Assembly: GCA_963811105.1 (NCBI GenBank)
Contig: CAWEPZ010000009.1
Span: forward strand, 320,001-384,000
Length of the DNA: 64,000 nt
Direction: 5' to 3'
Source: Candidatus Bathyarchaeota archaeon
Lineage (GTDB): Archaea; Thermoproteota; Bathyarchaeia; Bathyarchaeales; Bathycorpusculaceae
Shown here: one piece after another, positions 32,539 to 42,122 of the stretch
Layout of the letters: each line of letters starts with the position of its first letter
How positions within the stretch are numbered: the first letter of the stretch is position 1
The notes under the pieces: model-generated
Database searches by the model: none
What the model was told of the DNA's origin: nothing
What the model saw: the letters and a program-made list of their open reading frames with translations, nothing else
Translations under genes and position numbers: made by a program

Positions 32539-33270
32539 GAAGATTTGACTGCGGTTAGTCAAACTTTCTCTCATGTAAGGAAACGATCCAAGGCCAATCC
32601 AAACAGACTTCCGACTACCTTTCTACTTCACCTCAAACACACTTAAATTTCTTCCACCAATGTATTTCAGACAACATTCTCTTATCAACGAACCATGTCG
32701 CCTACACCATTGATTGACAATTAGGGAAGAGGGAATTCTAGCAGATGGCCGCATAAGACGTCGCCGTGGACCTTAGCGACAAACCCCATCCGCTGCACCG
32801 CAAACATAAACAGGATATCTGGTGTAATGCATCGGATTAAATTTGAAACGGTAATTAGTCTCAAAGACACATCTTTTTATTAATACGCAGCTTGTTCCTG
32901 CCATAACCCAGCCGCTTAAGGATCTTGCCTTGAACAGCGTTTAGCGGTAAATACCAAACAGTCATATTTTCATCTAAGAACCCCAAAGTAGCCTCTGTAC
33001 CATCGATACTCCGCTGCGCTATTTGGGTTTATATACTTGAATTTGGACCTGCTGCAGAAATTGGAATTACCAAAAATGATACCGAATAGTATCATTTACG
33101 CATTAACATCATTTTTTAGCCTATGAAATATGCATTTTCTAATTTCTTCGGATTTGGGTAGGAGCATTGCCAACTCTCACATAATTCCCGGTTAATTCGG
33201 ATTTGGAATATGAACTGAAGGTAGCATTAAATCAGATACAGTTCATATCTATCTCGGTAAGGCTTAGGCT

Positions 33271-33969
33271 ATGACCGCGAAGATAGTTGAGGATATAGCT
33301 TATAGAGATCGCGTCTTCGTATTTCACGACAGATTTCAGGCTGGTAAACTTTTAGCTCACAAGCTCCGAGAATACGCAAGTAGACGAAACGTGATAGTCT
33401 TGGCTGTGCCCGCTGGTGGAGTCCCAGTTGGCTACACGATCGCGATGGAACTCGAAGTCTCGATGGATGTAATAGTGGTTAGGAAGATTCAAACTCCATG
33501 GAACACTGAAGCGGGATTCGGCGCATTAACGTGGGATGGAAACATCGTCCTAAACGAATCTCTGGTTGAGCAGCTAGGTCTGACGGAAAAAGAGATTGAA
33601 GAGTCAATCTTGAAGACCAAAAGAAGCATTCAAGAGAGGCTTAGAAAGTTCAGGGGAAAACAATCAATATCGCAGGTAAAAGACAAAATTGTGATCCTCG
33701 TCGATGACGGGCTGGCTTCGGGCTTTACTATGCTTGTTGCCGCAAGATCCATAAAAAAGAGAGCGCCAAAAAAAGTAATCGTCGCTGTGCCCACGGCTTC
33801 TTTAGGAGCTATTGAACTGCTCGCGCCCGAAGTGGATGAGATCGTGTGCCTCAACATAAGAAGCGGTCGGTCATTCGCTGTCGCAGACGCTTACGAGAAC
33901 TGGTACGACCTAACGGATGAGGAAGTCATCAACATACTCAAAAGAGACTCGGAAACGAGGTATTCTTAA
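33271..33969 (+). CDS. Phosphoribosyltransferase family protein
   Basis: FHDRFQAGKLLA, LAVPAGGVPV, PRPP loop VILVDDGLASGFT. Confidence 0.9.
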   Translation: MTAKIVEDIAYRDRVFVFHDRFQAGKLLAHKLREYASRRNVIVLAVPAGGVPVGYTIAMELEVSMDVIVVRKIQTPWNTEAGFGALTWDGNIVLNESLVEQLGLTEKEIEESILKTKRSIQERLRKFRGKQSISQVKDKIVILVDDGLASGFTMLVAARSIKKRAPKKVIVAVPTASLGAIELLAPEVDEIVCLNIRSGRSFAVADAYENWYDLTDEEVINILKRDSETRYS

Positions 33970-34090
33970 CCAAGAAAATTCTGGAACAGAAGTTGGAGTC
34001 AGAGTCTCGGAAAAAGAAGCAGACGCCGACGGAATAGCTGTTTCGAGTAAAGATAAATCAACTGATGACCACGCGTTAGGTAAAGATGAG

Positions 34091-35810
34091 TCAGGTTTTT
34101 CTCTTTCTTCTCCAAAGCAGAAATACCGTTAGGGCCGTTAAGGCTGCTATGACGGCAGTCGCTATAATTGCGAGAGCTGAAGTAGTGAGATTTTGAATTG
34201 GTGAGACATCAGCAAATACTATAGTTCCCGTGCCGAAGAAGTCCTGATTAAAACGTGATGTGCACCATACATAATAGTTGCTTGAATCTTGCGTGTAACC
34301 CTGGTCTTTAGCTAATTGGTTGCCAAAGAAAATTTTTGGGGTGCTTCCATAAAGTATTGCACTTTTGGGTATGGTTATGTTGACAAAATCATAGTTTCCT
34401 GTGTCACCTCTCATGAGGAAAGTTACGTTTGTTGAAGCAGGGAGCAGATTAGTTGTCACATTAATTCTGTCACTCGGATATATTGTTAGGTTGCCTATTT
34501 TTGTGAGCACAACTTTTTGGTTATTGTCTTTAGTTGCTTGATAAAACTCTGCTGGTGGAACTTGATCTAAAGTTGGTATTGATTCGTTTGGGTTTGGAAT
34601 AGCATTTGGGTTTGGTGCAGTTAGGACAGGTGCTATGTTTACTGTGCCTAGGATTGATTGATACTTTGAGTCGTGTATTGTTTGGCTAATTGCATCGGTT
34701 TGTCCCCAATAATTGTTGGCTGCGTCTATGTTACTTATTGCACTATAATCTTCGGGGTGGTAACCTTGACGGGGTGGGTAAGAGAGGTAAAGATTGAAGT
34801 TGACGTTGTTGTATATGTTGTTGTTCGTGATTACCGGTCTAGTTAGTACGTATCCTTGGTCGTAGAGGTCAATTCCAGTACCGGCGGTTGTAATAGTGTT
34901 ATTTTCTATTAGTGGGCTTGAACCCTCAATTCTTATTCCAAAAAAAGGGTAGTCTTTGAACTGGTCGTTTGTAGGTGTGTTCTGAATAAAGTTTCGTTGT
35001 ATCAAGGCTGGTCCATCTATGCTTATGCATGCTTCCACATAATTAGAAAAACGGTTATCCGAAATTACTGCTTTTTGAACATTATTATTACTGGATGAAA
35101 ATCCAAAACCGTCTCGCCAAGGGCTACTAGGATAGCCTGTTAATGTGTTGTTTAAGATCAGGAATGAACCGTCAGAAGCATCTATCCCTCCTCCGTTGAA
35201 GGTATTGTTTACAACGAAGGCAGAGCAAGCAAGCTGAATACGACCGTTGAAAAAGTTATTTGTTATTATAGCCTTTCCAGGTCCACGGATAACTGGGGTT
35301 ACACTAATATCTCCAGAATTTGTTGTTGCCGTTTGGTCTTTAAAGTAATTATTGTTTACAGTAATTGAATTGCTACAATGATAATAGGTAAATCCCATTG
35401 TTTCCAAAACAGCATTCTCAATTATGCAGTCGGAACTTTCGTCGCCAAAATTAATGTTGGCACTCGGCTCATGATTACCGTTGATTATTCGGTTGTCAGT
35501 GTGGAAAACTATCTTTTCGCTGCTTGCTTCCTAGTACTTTTAATGTGCCGTTTACCTGAATAACGTTCTTGTGGCAGTTAATTGTTACTCCTGGCTGAAT
35601 TGTTAAGGTTGCTCCTCTACTCACAAACACATTTCCATTAAGCTCTATTGGGCTATCTGCTTTAGTCCAAGTCGTATCTTGATTTATTGTGTCGCCATAA
35701 CTCATTTCATCTGAGTATGCTTTTCCCAGATTGAGACTGGCGGCAAAAGCAGCACAGAACAAAACTATCGTGAAAGCGACCAGTAGCTGTTTTTCCAAGG
35801 CACTCACCAA
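34091..35810 (-). CDS. Surface-anchored right-handed beta-helix (pectin lyase/NosD-like) protein, split by a +1 frameshift at ~35527
   Basis: Signal peptide, DTTWTKADSP..GATLTIQPGV, Asn-ladder repeats, DAANNYWG, C-terminal TM + RRKRK. Removing one base joins the two ORFs. Confidence 0.75.
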
Positions 35811-35869
35811 AACAGCATAAAGTTATTTGCAATAAAAGCGTTCTCATCAACAATTCTTGACTGCAGAAG

Positions 35870-36290
35870 GTCAAGGTTTGAGGTTGCCCATACGGCTTTT
35901 CTGGGCAGCTGGAACAGTGAAGTTTTCGCAGCCCTCACAGGCCTAACCGGAATTATAATCGGACTATTTGTGGGGAAAAAACATTGATTCTACCGGGTGG
36001 AACAGAATATCGCGAAAAGCAACCGCTCGAAGTCTGCAGCAGGACCAGAAGAGCTTAATGGCGAAGGGCAAACCTTGGACCGTTGAAGATGAAAGGCAAC
36101 TTCGAAAAGCTGCTTAGCAGAAAAGAAAGTCTATGCGATCTATTGCAATGGTTCTTGGGCAAAACCCTTATTCTGTACGGTTGAAAGCATCTCGCTTAGG
36201 CTTAGAAGATGATGATGGGAGTGAAAAAAACACGCCATCATCATCTACCTTTGATAAGTTAATTTTGCCAATTGAGTCCTGCAGCGAAGG
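35870..36290 (+). pseudogene. Relics of mobile-element genes: a small TM protein and a Myb/HTH-like protein
   Basis: LEVAHTAFLGSWNSEVFAALTGLTGIIIGLFVGKKH*, then MAKGKPWTVEDERQLRK | SIAMVLGQNPYSVRLKASRLGL with frameshifts. Confidence 0.5.
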
Positions 36291-36776
36291 TCTACTTATC
36301 GCACATCCATGCAAGTCCACTGTCCAGGAGATTATGAAGTTACCAATCATTTGATATCGATGCTAAATGCCCTGCCTAAGATAGACAAAAGAGTTTTCCC
36401 AACTAGATACTGCGTTATGTACCAATGCCTAGTTAACTACGAAAGAAAACTGGAAACAGTCTTTCAAATCCCGCATTACTGGACATCGATTTTAAATCTT
36501 TAAGGTATTTTGGCGGCTCGATGCTTGCGCATTATAGCAATGGAAACGTATTGCTAGTTCAAAAGATGCTACGGCACAAAAGCGTTCTAAACACAATGAA
36601 GTATATCCACGCGGTTAACAGGCTAAAAGATGATGATTTTGAAGAAACCATTGCTACCACAATTGAAGATATACGGAAACTTGAAAAAGCGCGGGACAAA
36701 ATATGACGAATTGACCATCAACGGAACACAAGTTAACTTTTACAGAAAACCTAAACGTTTCGGAGTTTCCCAGTAA
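36290..36776 (+). pseudogene. Tyrosine recombinase/integrase C-terminal relic
   Basis: LISMLNALPK..RVFPT...DFKSLR..GGSMLAHYSNGNVLLVQKMLRHKSVLNTMKYIH...NFYRKPK with several frameshifts. Confidence 0.75.
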
Positions 36777-36866
36777 TGACAGGCCTTAGTTGTACTAGTT
36801 TTGGGTTTGTAATTGTATGTTTGCAGTCACAAAAGTAAAACTACCAGACAAAACTCTTCTTTACAC

Positions 36867-37445
36867 GTGAAATTCAAAGTATTGCATCAAAACGCAAAGC
36901 TTCTAGATGATTTAATAGATGAGTTCAGAAAAACCAAAAGAGCCAGCTTTGTTCCGCTGAGAAACTTGCAAGAGATGGTTCTAACGATTTTTCCAGACGC
37001 CGTTATGGTTAACTTGGGTTTGCATAAGCTTGTTTTCCGTTTGAGGCATAAGAGCCATGAGTTGGCGTTAAAAATTGGAAAAAGCCAATCTATAGAGTTG
37101 GATCATGAAGTATACATGCAATTACCTTCTAGCCTCAGACATATTTATTTTGCAAGAGTATTTTGGCACACAAAGTATTGCCTTTTGCAGGAGTTCGGTC
37201 TTGAAGTAGAAGTTTCAGCGCAAAAATTGGCGCAGCTTAGAGCGATTGCGAGCAAGTATGACTTACTAGATATAACTTGTGATAACATTAGAAGTGTTAA
37301 TGGAACCTTGAAAATTATTGATGCAAGCATTGCCCCTCGCGGGTTGCTTAGGCTTTGGAAAACTGCCGATGTTATTAAACTCAGGTTACCCGACGCTGTT
37401 AGAAGAGTAATCAGAAAGTCAAGATTGCTTACCTCTGTTAAGTAG
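36867..37445 (+). CDS. Hypothetical protein with a minimal protein-kinase-like motif order
   Basis: NLGLHKLVF, LALKIG, ELDHEVY, LLDITCDNI, LKIIDAS; start is uncertain (36813 or 36867). Confidence 0.6.
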   Translation: MKFKVLHQNAKLLDDLIDEFRKTKRASFVPLRNLQEMVLTIFPDAVMVNLGLHKLVFRLRHKSHELALKIGKSQSIELDHEVYMQLPSSLRHIYFARVFWHTKYCLLQEFGLEVEVSAQKLAQLRAIASKYDLLDITCDNIRSVNGTLKIIDASIAPRGLLRLWKTADVIKLRLPDAVRRVIRKSRLLTSVK

Positions 37446-37526
37446 AAATAAGTCCAAAATGCCTTTTTTGCTTCAATCTCTGCAAAAAAGCATATCAAGT
37501 CGATGTAATCATAATGCAAGCATAAT

Positions 37527-38867
37527 ATGACTCTCATCTTAAAACCACCGCAAAATGCTCGAGCTCCAGATAACTGGCTTAAAGATATTTTAAGCAAGAG
37601 TGCCCTTGCTGAGAGCGAGCAAATTGTTGCCCGAAGCCGACAAGACAGCCTATGTGTGCTATGCAAAGGCGCCAGATTCTTGTGTGGTAAAACCCGTTGC
37701 CCAATAATGGTCAAGGTTAACTATTTCCTCAAAAGTGTACCCCTGATGGCAAGCGAAGACATCAATGGCATGTCTCCGCCAAGTGTTTTCATTGGTCGAA
37801 TCGGATACCCTAACGTTTACGCAGGACCGCTTGTGCCACCCGTTTATGAGGATACAAGTGTTTACGATTTGCCTGAAAGGTGGTTTGGGAAATCCATGGA
37901 TGAAATCGTGGGTTTCCGCAGCTTGCTTGTACGTGGGAAGCACAGAGTTAACGTGCAAAAGTTCATGGAGGCAGGCAAAATCCTGGATCAAACGCGGGAG
38001 TTAGCTTTGGCTGATAGCTGTGTTGACATTGAGTTGAACCTTACGAAAAAGCCAAGGGGCTCCATTTTTCTTGATGATGACATACAACCGTTTGGTCCTT
38101 CAGCTCCCATCCGAGACTTGCATGTTGGAAACTCTAGGTATGATGATAAGATCGAGAAAGCGTATTATGATACGGATTTGCGGGCTACAAATGCAGTTGT
38201 GGAGCTTTATAGTCGAGGAGTTATGGTTTCAAAGATTCAAAAAGCCTTCAGCGTCGGCGCTTTTGGAGTAGAAAAAAACAGGCGCTTGGTTCCTACACGC
38301 TGGAGCATAACAGCTGTTGACGATATTATCTCTAAAAACCTTAGAGAAAAAGTGAAAACGTTTCCTGAAATCAACGAGTACCGAGTCTATGAGTCAATTT
38401 ACATGGATAACGTTTTTGAGATTTTAATGATTCCCCAGCAGTGGAGTTATGAGTCGATGGAGGCTTGGTATCCAGGCACAGTGTGGAATCCAAGTGGGAA
38501 AAGCATTGCGATTTTCTCAGATTGGGAAGGAAACAGCGGGCGAACGACTTATGCACAGATAGGCGGATGCTACTATTCTGCACGACTGGCAACTTGCGAG
38601 CTCTTGGCCAAAGAACAACGGCAAGCAACTGTGATTGTGCTCAGAGAAGCAAGGCCGGGTTACATCATGCCCATTGGTGTGTGGCAAGTACGAGAAAACG
38701 TAAGAAATGCAATGCGTCAAAAACCGCTCCTGTTCAAAAGTCTAGCTGAGTCTCTGCAGTTTATCGGAAGCAGGTTCGAGATTCCAATGCACAGGTGGAT
38801 AATGCAGAGTGAACTATTGAAGCGAGCTCTGTTCCAAAAGAAGATATCAGACTTCTTCAGAGATTAA
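37527..38867 (+). CDS. nreA: Nre family DNA repair protein (PCNA-interacting)
   Basis: CVLCKGARFLCGKTRCP, SPPSVFIGRIGYP, LVPTRWSITAVD, GVWQVRE, C-terminal PIP box QKKISDFF. Confidence 0.92.
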   Translation: MTLILKPPQNARAPDNWLKDILSKSALAESEQIVARSRQDSLCVLCKGARFLCGKTRCPIMVKVNYFLKSVPLMASEDINGMSPPSVFIGRIGYPNVYAGPLVPPVYEDTSVYDLPERWFGKSMDEIVGFRSLLVRGKHRVNVQKFMEAGKILDQTRELALADSCVDIELNLTKKPRGSIFLDDDIQPFGPSAPIRDLHVGNSRYDDKIEKAYYDTDLRATNAVVELYSRGVMVSKIQKAFSVGAFGVEKNRRLVPTRWSITAVDDIISKNLREKVKTFPEINEYRVYESIYMDNVFEILMIPQQWSYESMEAWYPGTVWNPSGKSIAIFSDWEGNSGRTTYAQIGGCYYSARLATCELLAKEQRQATVIVLREARPGYIMPIGVWQVRENVRNAMRQKPLLFKSLAESLQFIGSRFEIPMHRWIMQSELLKRALFQKKISDFFRD

Positions 38868-38950
38868 GCAAAGAATAAGGTGTGTTCAGGAATCTCATTT
38901 CAATAACAAATCTTAAAAAAGCAACGTCTTATACTCTGACCTGAAGCTTA

Positions 38951-40579
38951 ATGTCAAACTCTGCACCCAGACGATTCATTTTACCCTTTTCGCAACAAAA
39001 AAACAGGGACCCATTCAGCAACGAAATTGAACTAGCCACGATATACGCGCTCGCAGAGTTTGAGCGGGTAAAGGGCGGTGGCTTAGTTGTTAAACAGCAA
39101 CAGGAAAAAATGTTTTTTATTGCGAAGGCTGGTTATCCACTCTGGCTTTTTCCAAATAACGAGATAGCGTTCATTTTTGATGGCTTAAATCAATTCATAC
39201 ATTTGATGTCCTATGCTGATTTGCCTACTGCTAAATCCTTCAGCGAGAGCCTAGAGAGCCACTCAAAGACACGAGAGAACTACACAGCTTTTCTTTTAGA
39301 CCATCAAAACTACTTCAAACAGTCAAAAAAGGACAAAGAAATCGCTTTGAAAGGTTTAATCGTTGATTCAGACTTTAAGAAAGAATTTAGTCTCTACCGC
39401 AAAGAAGCAATTGAGATCACTTCGATTGCAAACTGGGCTCTTCTTTCTCCAACTCTTGAAATTTCAGCAGTTGCTTCTACGTTAGCTGAAATAGAAAAGT
39501 TGCAATCCCTGTTCAAGGAAGACACTGAGAAACTTCCAGAATGCCTAAGATCCATAAATAAGATAACCAGCCAATACATAACCGAATTATCTTATGCAGC
39601 TGAAGCCGTAAAAGATGAAGCAAATGCAAAAATTAAAGCTCAAGAAGAAATTATTAACCCTCAAATCGCCAAGCTAAACAGCGATTACAAGCATAAAATA
39701 TACAACCTAAATAGAGACTTTGATGAAGAACTCGAAAGCCTCGACAAATTGAAAACCAAAACTGCAAAATCCATAGAAACAAACGAAGAAAAAATCCGGC
39801 AATACCAACGAGAAGCGCAAATTCAGGCGCGTCAGAACCATTTAATCTATGAAAAGAGATGGAAAGAAAAGAGCGGCATAACCAAAAAAGAAGTTGACGG
39901 ACTTAAAAAAGAGTTAAATCGTTTAGAGAAAAATATTAAGAGTTTAAGGAAACAGAAAATTGAGGAAATATCCAAGTTAGGAGCTAAACTTGATATTGAA
40001 ATAAAGTTAGCGCGCCAGCCTTTGCTTGACCTTGAATCTGGCCGTGACGCTAAAATGCTTGTTTTTAAGCAGGAAACTGAAAAATTGCTTGAACAGGAAA
40101 AACCTGTAATACAGGGGCTTTACGGCGCCATTAAAATGCGGGAGACGTTAGACTCTAAAATTGAAATATTGGGCTTTAGAGACCAACAATTAAAGAGCCC
40201 AACATTATTTTATGTGCCGTTTTATGTTGTCTGCTATCAAGTGGAATTAAGCAGGCGCTATATTTTTCTTGCGCCGTCAATCTCAAGCCCGCTCGGTTTT
40301 TCTGCTAGACTTAAGAGTGCTTTTGGCATGTCAAAAATTAGAGAGGTGTTTGCTCCGCGGTTTAGAGCCATTACTGCGCTGATTGATAAGTGCCAAATTC
40401 TTGTCAAGCAAGACACGTCGTTTGAATGCGAGATTGGAGAACTAGGTGAAAAAAACAATCTCTTAAAAACAGAACTATCTCGTACCGGTATAGCGAAAGG
40501 GTTAGTTTACCTTAACCATGAAGGCTGGCTCTCCGACAGAGAATACGAGGTTCTTAGCAATAGTTTGGCTCATGATTAG
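38951..40579 (+). CDS. Long coiled-coil hypothetical protein
   Basis: 542 aa; a central K/E-rich heptad region between globular ends (GYPLWL; FYVPFYVVCY). Confidence 0.75.
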   Translation: MSNSAPRRFILPFSQQKNRDPFSNEIELATIYALAEFERVKGGGLVVKQQQEKMFFIAKAGYPLWLFPNNEIAFIFDGLNQFIHLMSYADLPTAKSFSESLESHSKTRENYTAFLLDHQNYFKQSKKDKEIALKGLIVDSDFKKEFSLYRKEAIEITSIANWALLSPTLEISAVASTLAEIEKLQSLFKEDTEKLPECLRSINKITSQYITELSYAAEAVKDEANAKIKAQEEIINPQIAKLNSDYKHKIYNLNRDFDEELESLDKLKTKTAKSIETNEEKIRQYQREAQIQARQNHLIYEKRWKEKSGITKKEVDGLKKELNRLEKNIKSLRKQKIEEISKLGAKLDIEIKLARQPLLDLESGRDAKMLVFKQETEKLLEQEKPVIQGLYGAIKMRETLDSKIEILGFRDQQLKSPTLFYVPFYVVCYQVELSRRYIFLAPSISSPLGFSARLKSAFGMSKIREVFAPRFRAITALIDKCQILVKQDTSFECEIGELGEKNNLLKTELSRTGIAKGLVYLNHEGWLSDREYEVLSNSLAHD

Positions 40580-40662
40580 CAAGCAAGTTTTTATTTGATT
40601 CAAAAAACTTATTGCCCCGTACGATTTGTAAATCACAGATAACATTTTGAGAGAGCAGAAAC

Positions 40663-41076
40663 ATGAAAAAATTCACAGGTAAAACCGCAACCGCCATAAT
40701 ACCGTTTCCAGAGGACAAGATTTTGCTAATTAAGAGAAACACTGTACCCTTTGTTGGCTACTGGGGACTTCCGGGTGGCAGAATGGACCTGGGCGAAATC
40801 TTGGAGCAAACCGTTGTACGAGAATGCAAAGAGGAAACAGGACTTGTTGTTGCGATAGTTCGAAAAATAGGCGAGTACATTGAGAAGGGCGTAAAGGATA
40901 ACGTGGAATACGAGTATTTTCCAACATGTTTTGTAGTGAAAGTGGTTGCAGGAGAAATTAAGCGCCAGAAAAGCGAAATCCAAGACATACAACTCTTCAG
41001 CTTAAAAGCGCTCCCAAATCCACTGGCATTTGAGCATGACAAGATGATTACTGATTATTTGATTACCAAACCTTGA
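40663..41076 (+). CDS. NUDIX hydrolase
   Basis: Nudix box GGRMDLGEILEQTVVRECKEETG. Confidence 0.93.
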   Translation: MKKFTGKTATAIIPFPEDKILLIKRNTVPFVGYWGLPGGRMDLGEILEQTVVRECKEETGLVVAIVRKIGEYIEKGVKDNVEYEYFPTCFVVKVVAGEIKRQKSEIQDIQLFSLKALPNPLAFEHDKMITDYLITKP

Positions 41077-41110
41077 CCCCAAATTATTGAACAGGATATA
41101 ACTTTCGTAA

Positions 41111-41520
41111 TTATTGCTTTTCTAGTGTCTTTTTTACTTCGGTAAGAATCTCAGAGAAGTCTGCTTCTTTATCAGGCTTCATGCCTCTTTTGCAAACGTT
41201 CAGGACGGTTTCATAAACTCTTTCAGCTAACTTCTTTTCCATTAGCTTGAAGACTCTGTAGCTTCCGAAAAACTTGTAAGTGCAGAATATGATTACTTTT
41301 TTGCCTTCAACTTATTAGACCTTCAATGAAGGCTAACGTTTCTTTGGCTGAGCTTGAGCCTTCCACAGGAGTGCCTATTATTAGGAGGCCGCAGTTTGCC
41401 AAGTCTGACACCTGGGTTGATGTCAAATCGAAGATATGCGCTTTTACTGTGCCGGCTAATGCTTAATTCAAGATGTCTAGTCTTTCCTGTTCTTGAAAAA
41501 CAAACTACACAAATGTTCAT
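41111..41520 (-). pseudogene. Flavodoxin-family pseudogene
   Basis: MNICVVCFSRTGKT | ..LLIIGTPVEG..ETLAFIEGL | VEGKKVIIFCTY; at least two frameshifts. Confidence 0.7.
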
Positions 41521-41604
41521 GTTAAAAGAGTGTATATGCTCGGTTTAAACAACATTCTGCCAATGGATTCTACCAAGTTAAGTTACCTTGAAAAAATAAG
41601 AGGG

Positions 41605-41988
41605 TTATATGTCTTTGATAGATTCGTTTATCTTCTTAAGCTCTTCTTTCTTCATTGCTTCCAAATCTTCCTTTCGCTTTTTATCAGCTAGTTCCTTTGC
41701 TTTCTGTGCAATGCAGGCAGCGTTAGCTTGCTCTAAGTATTTATCCATCCACTTAATGTCATTTTTAAGTCCGCCCATTGTTGACTCAAAATCAAGCGAA
41801 TTATCGGAAACAAATCGGGCATTTGATGGATGGGCTTTGCTTGGTTGATAACTGATAGGTTCTCTAAAACACTGTAGCCATTCCACAGTTGGTTTGGCAC
41901 TTAGCTGAATGTGGACCCATAAATCATCGCCATTTTTGCTAACTACCTCCGCTGAACCCATCCTTCTTATGTTAAAAGTTTCAGACAT
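41605..41988 (-). CDS. Hypothetical protein
   Basis: 127-aa ORF with an RBS-like GAGGG and a helical C-terminus. Confidence 0.65.
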   Translation of the reverse strand: MSETFNIRRMGSAEVVSKNGDDLWVHIQLSAKPTVEWLQCFREPISYQPSKAHPSNARFVSDNSLDFESTMGGLKNDIKWMDKYLEQANAACIAQKAKELADKKRKEDLEAMKKEELKKINESIKDI

Positions 41989-42122
41989 TTATTGCCCTCT
42001 TTTGAATAATAAACATTGTACGCAATTAAAAATTTATGCTTGAAAAAACATGAGGGCGCTATACGAATTTCGGTGTTAATTTTAATAAGTGCTGCAATGA
42101 GTATTTGTTTTGAGCGAAAACC

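Noticed and set aside
30945-33206. TTC(G/A)GATTTGG repeats at ~30945, 33147 and 33196 as att sites
   Set aside because: Only 11-14 bp long, with no tRNA target or intact integrase.
32560-33250. Possible ncRNA or gene relics in the long spacer
   Set aside because: Short reverse-strand frames match no family I recognise and there is no convincing fold.
41111-41520. Flavodoxin frameshift as another CTAG-linked error
   Set aside because: A CTAG is nearby (41477), but the gene has several lesions, so true decay is more likely.
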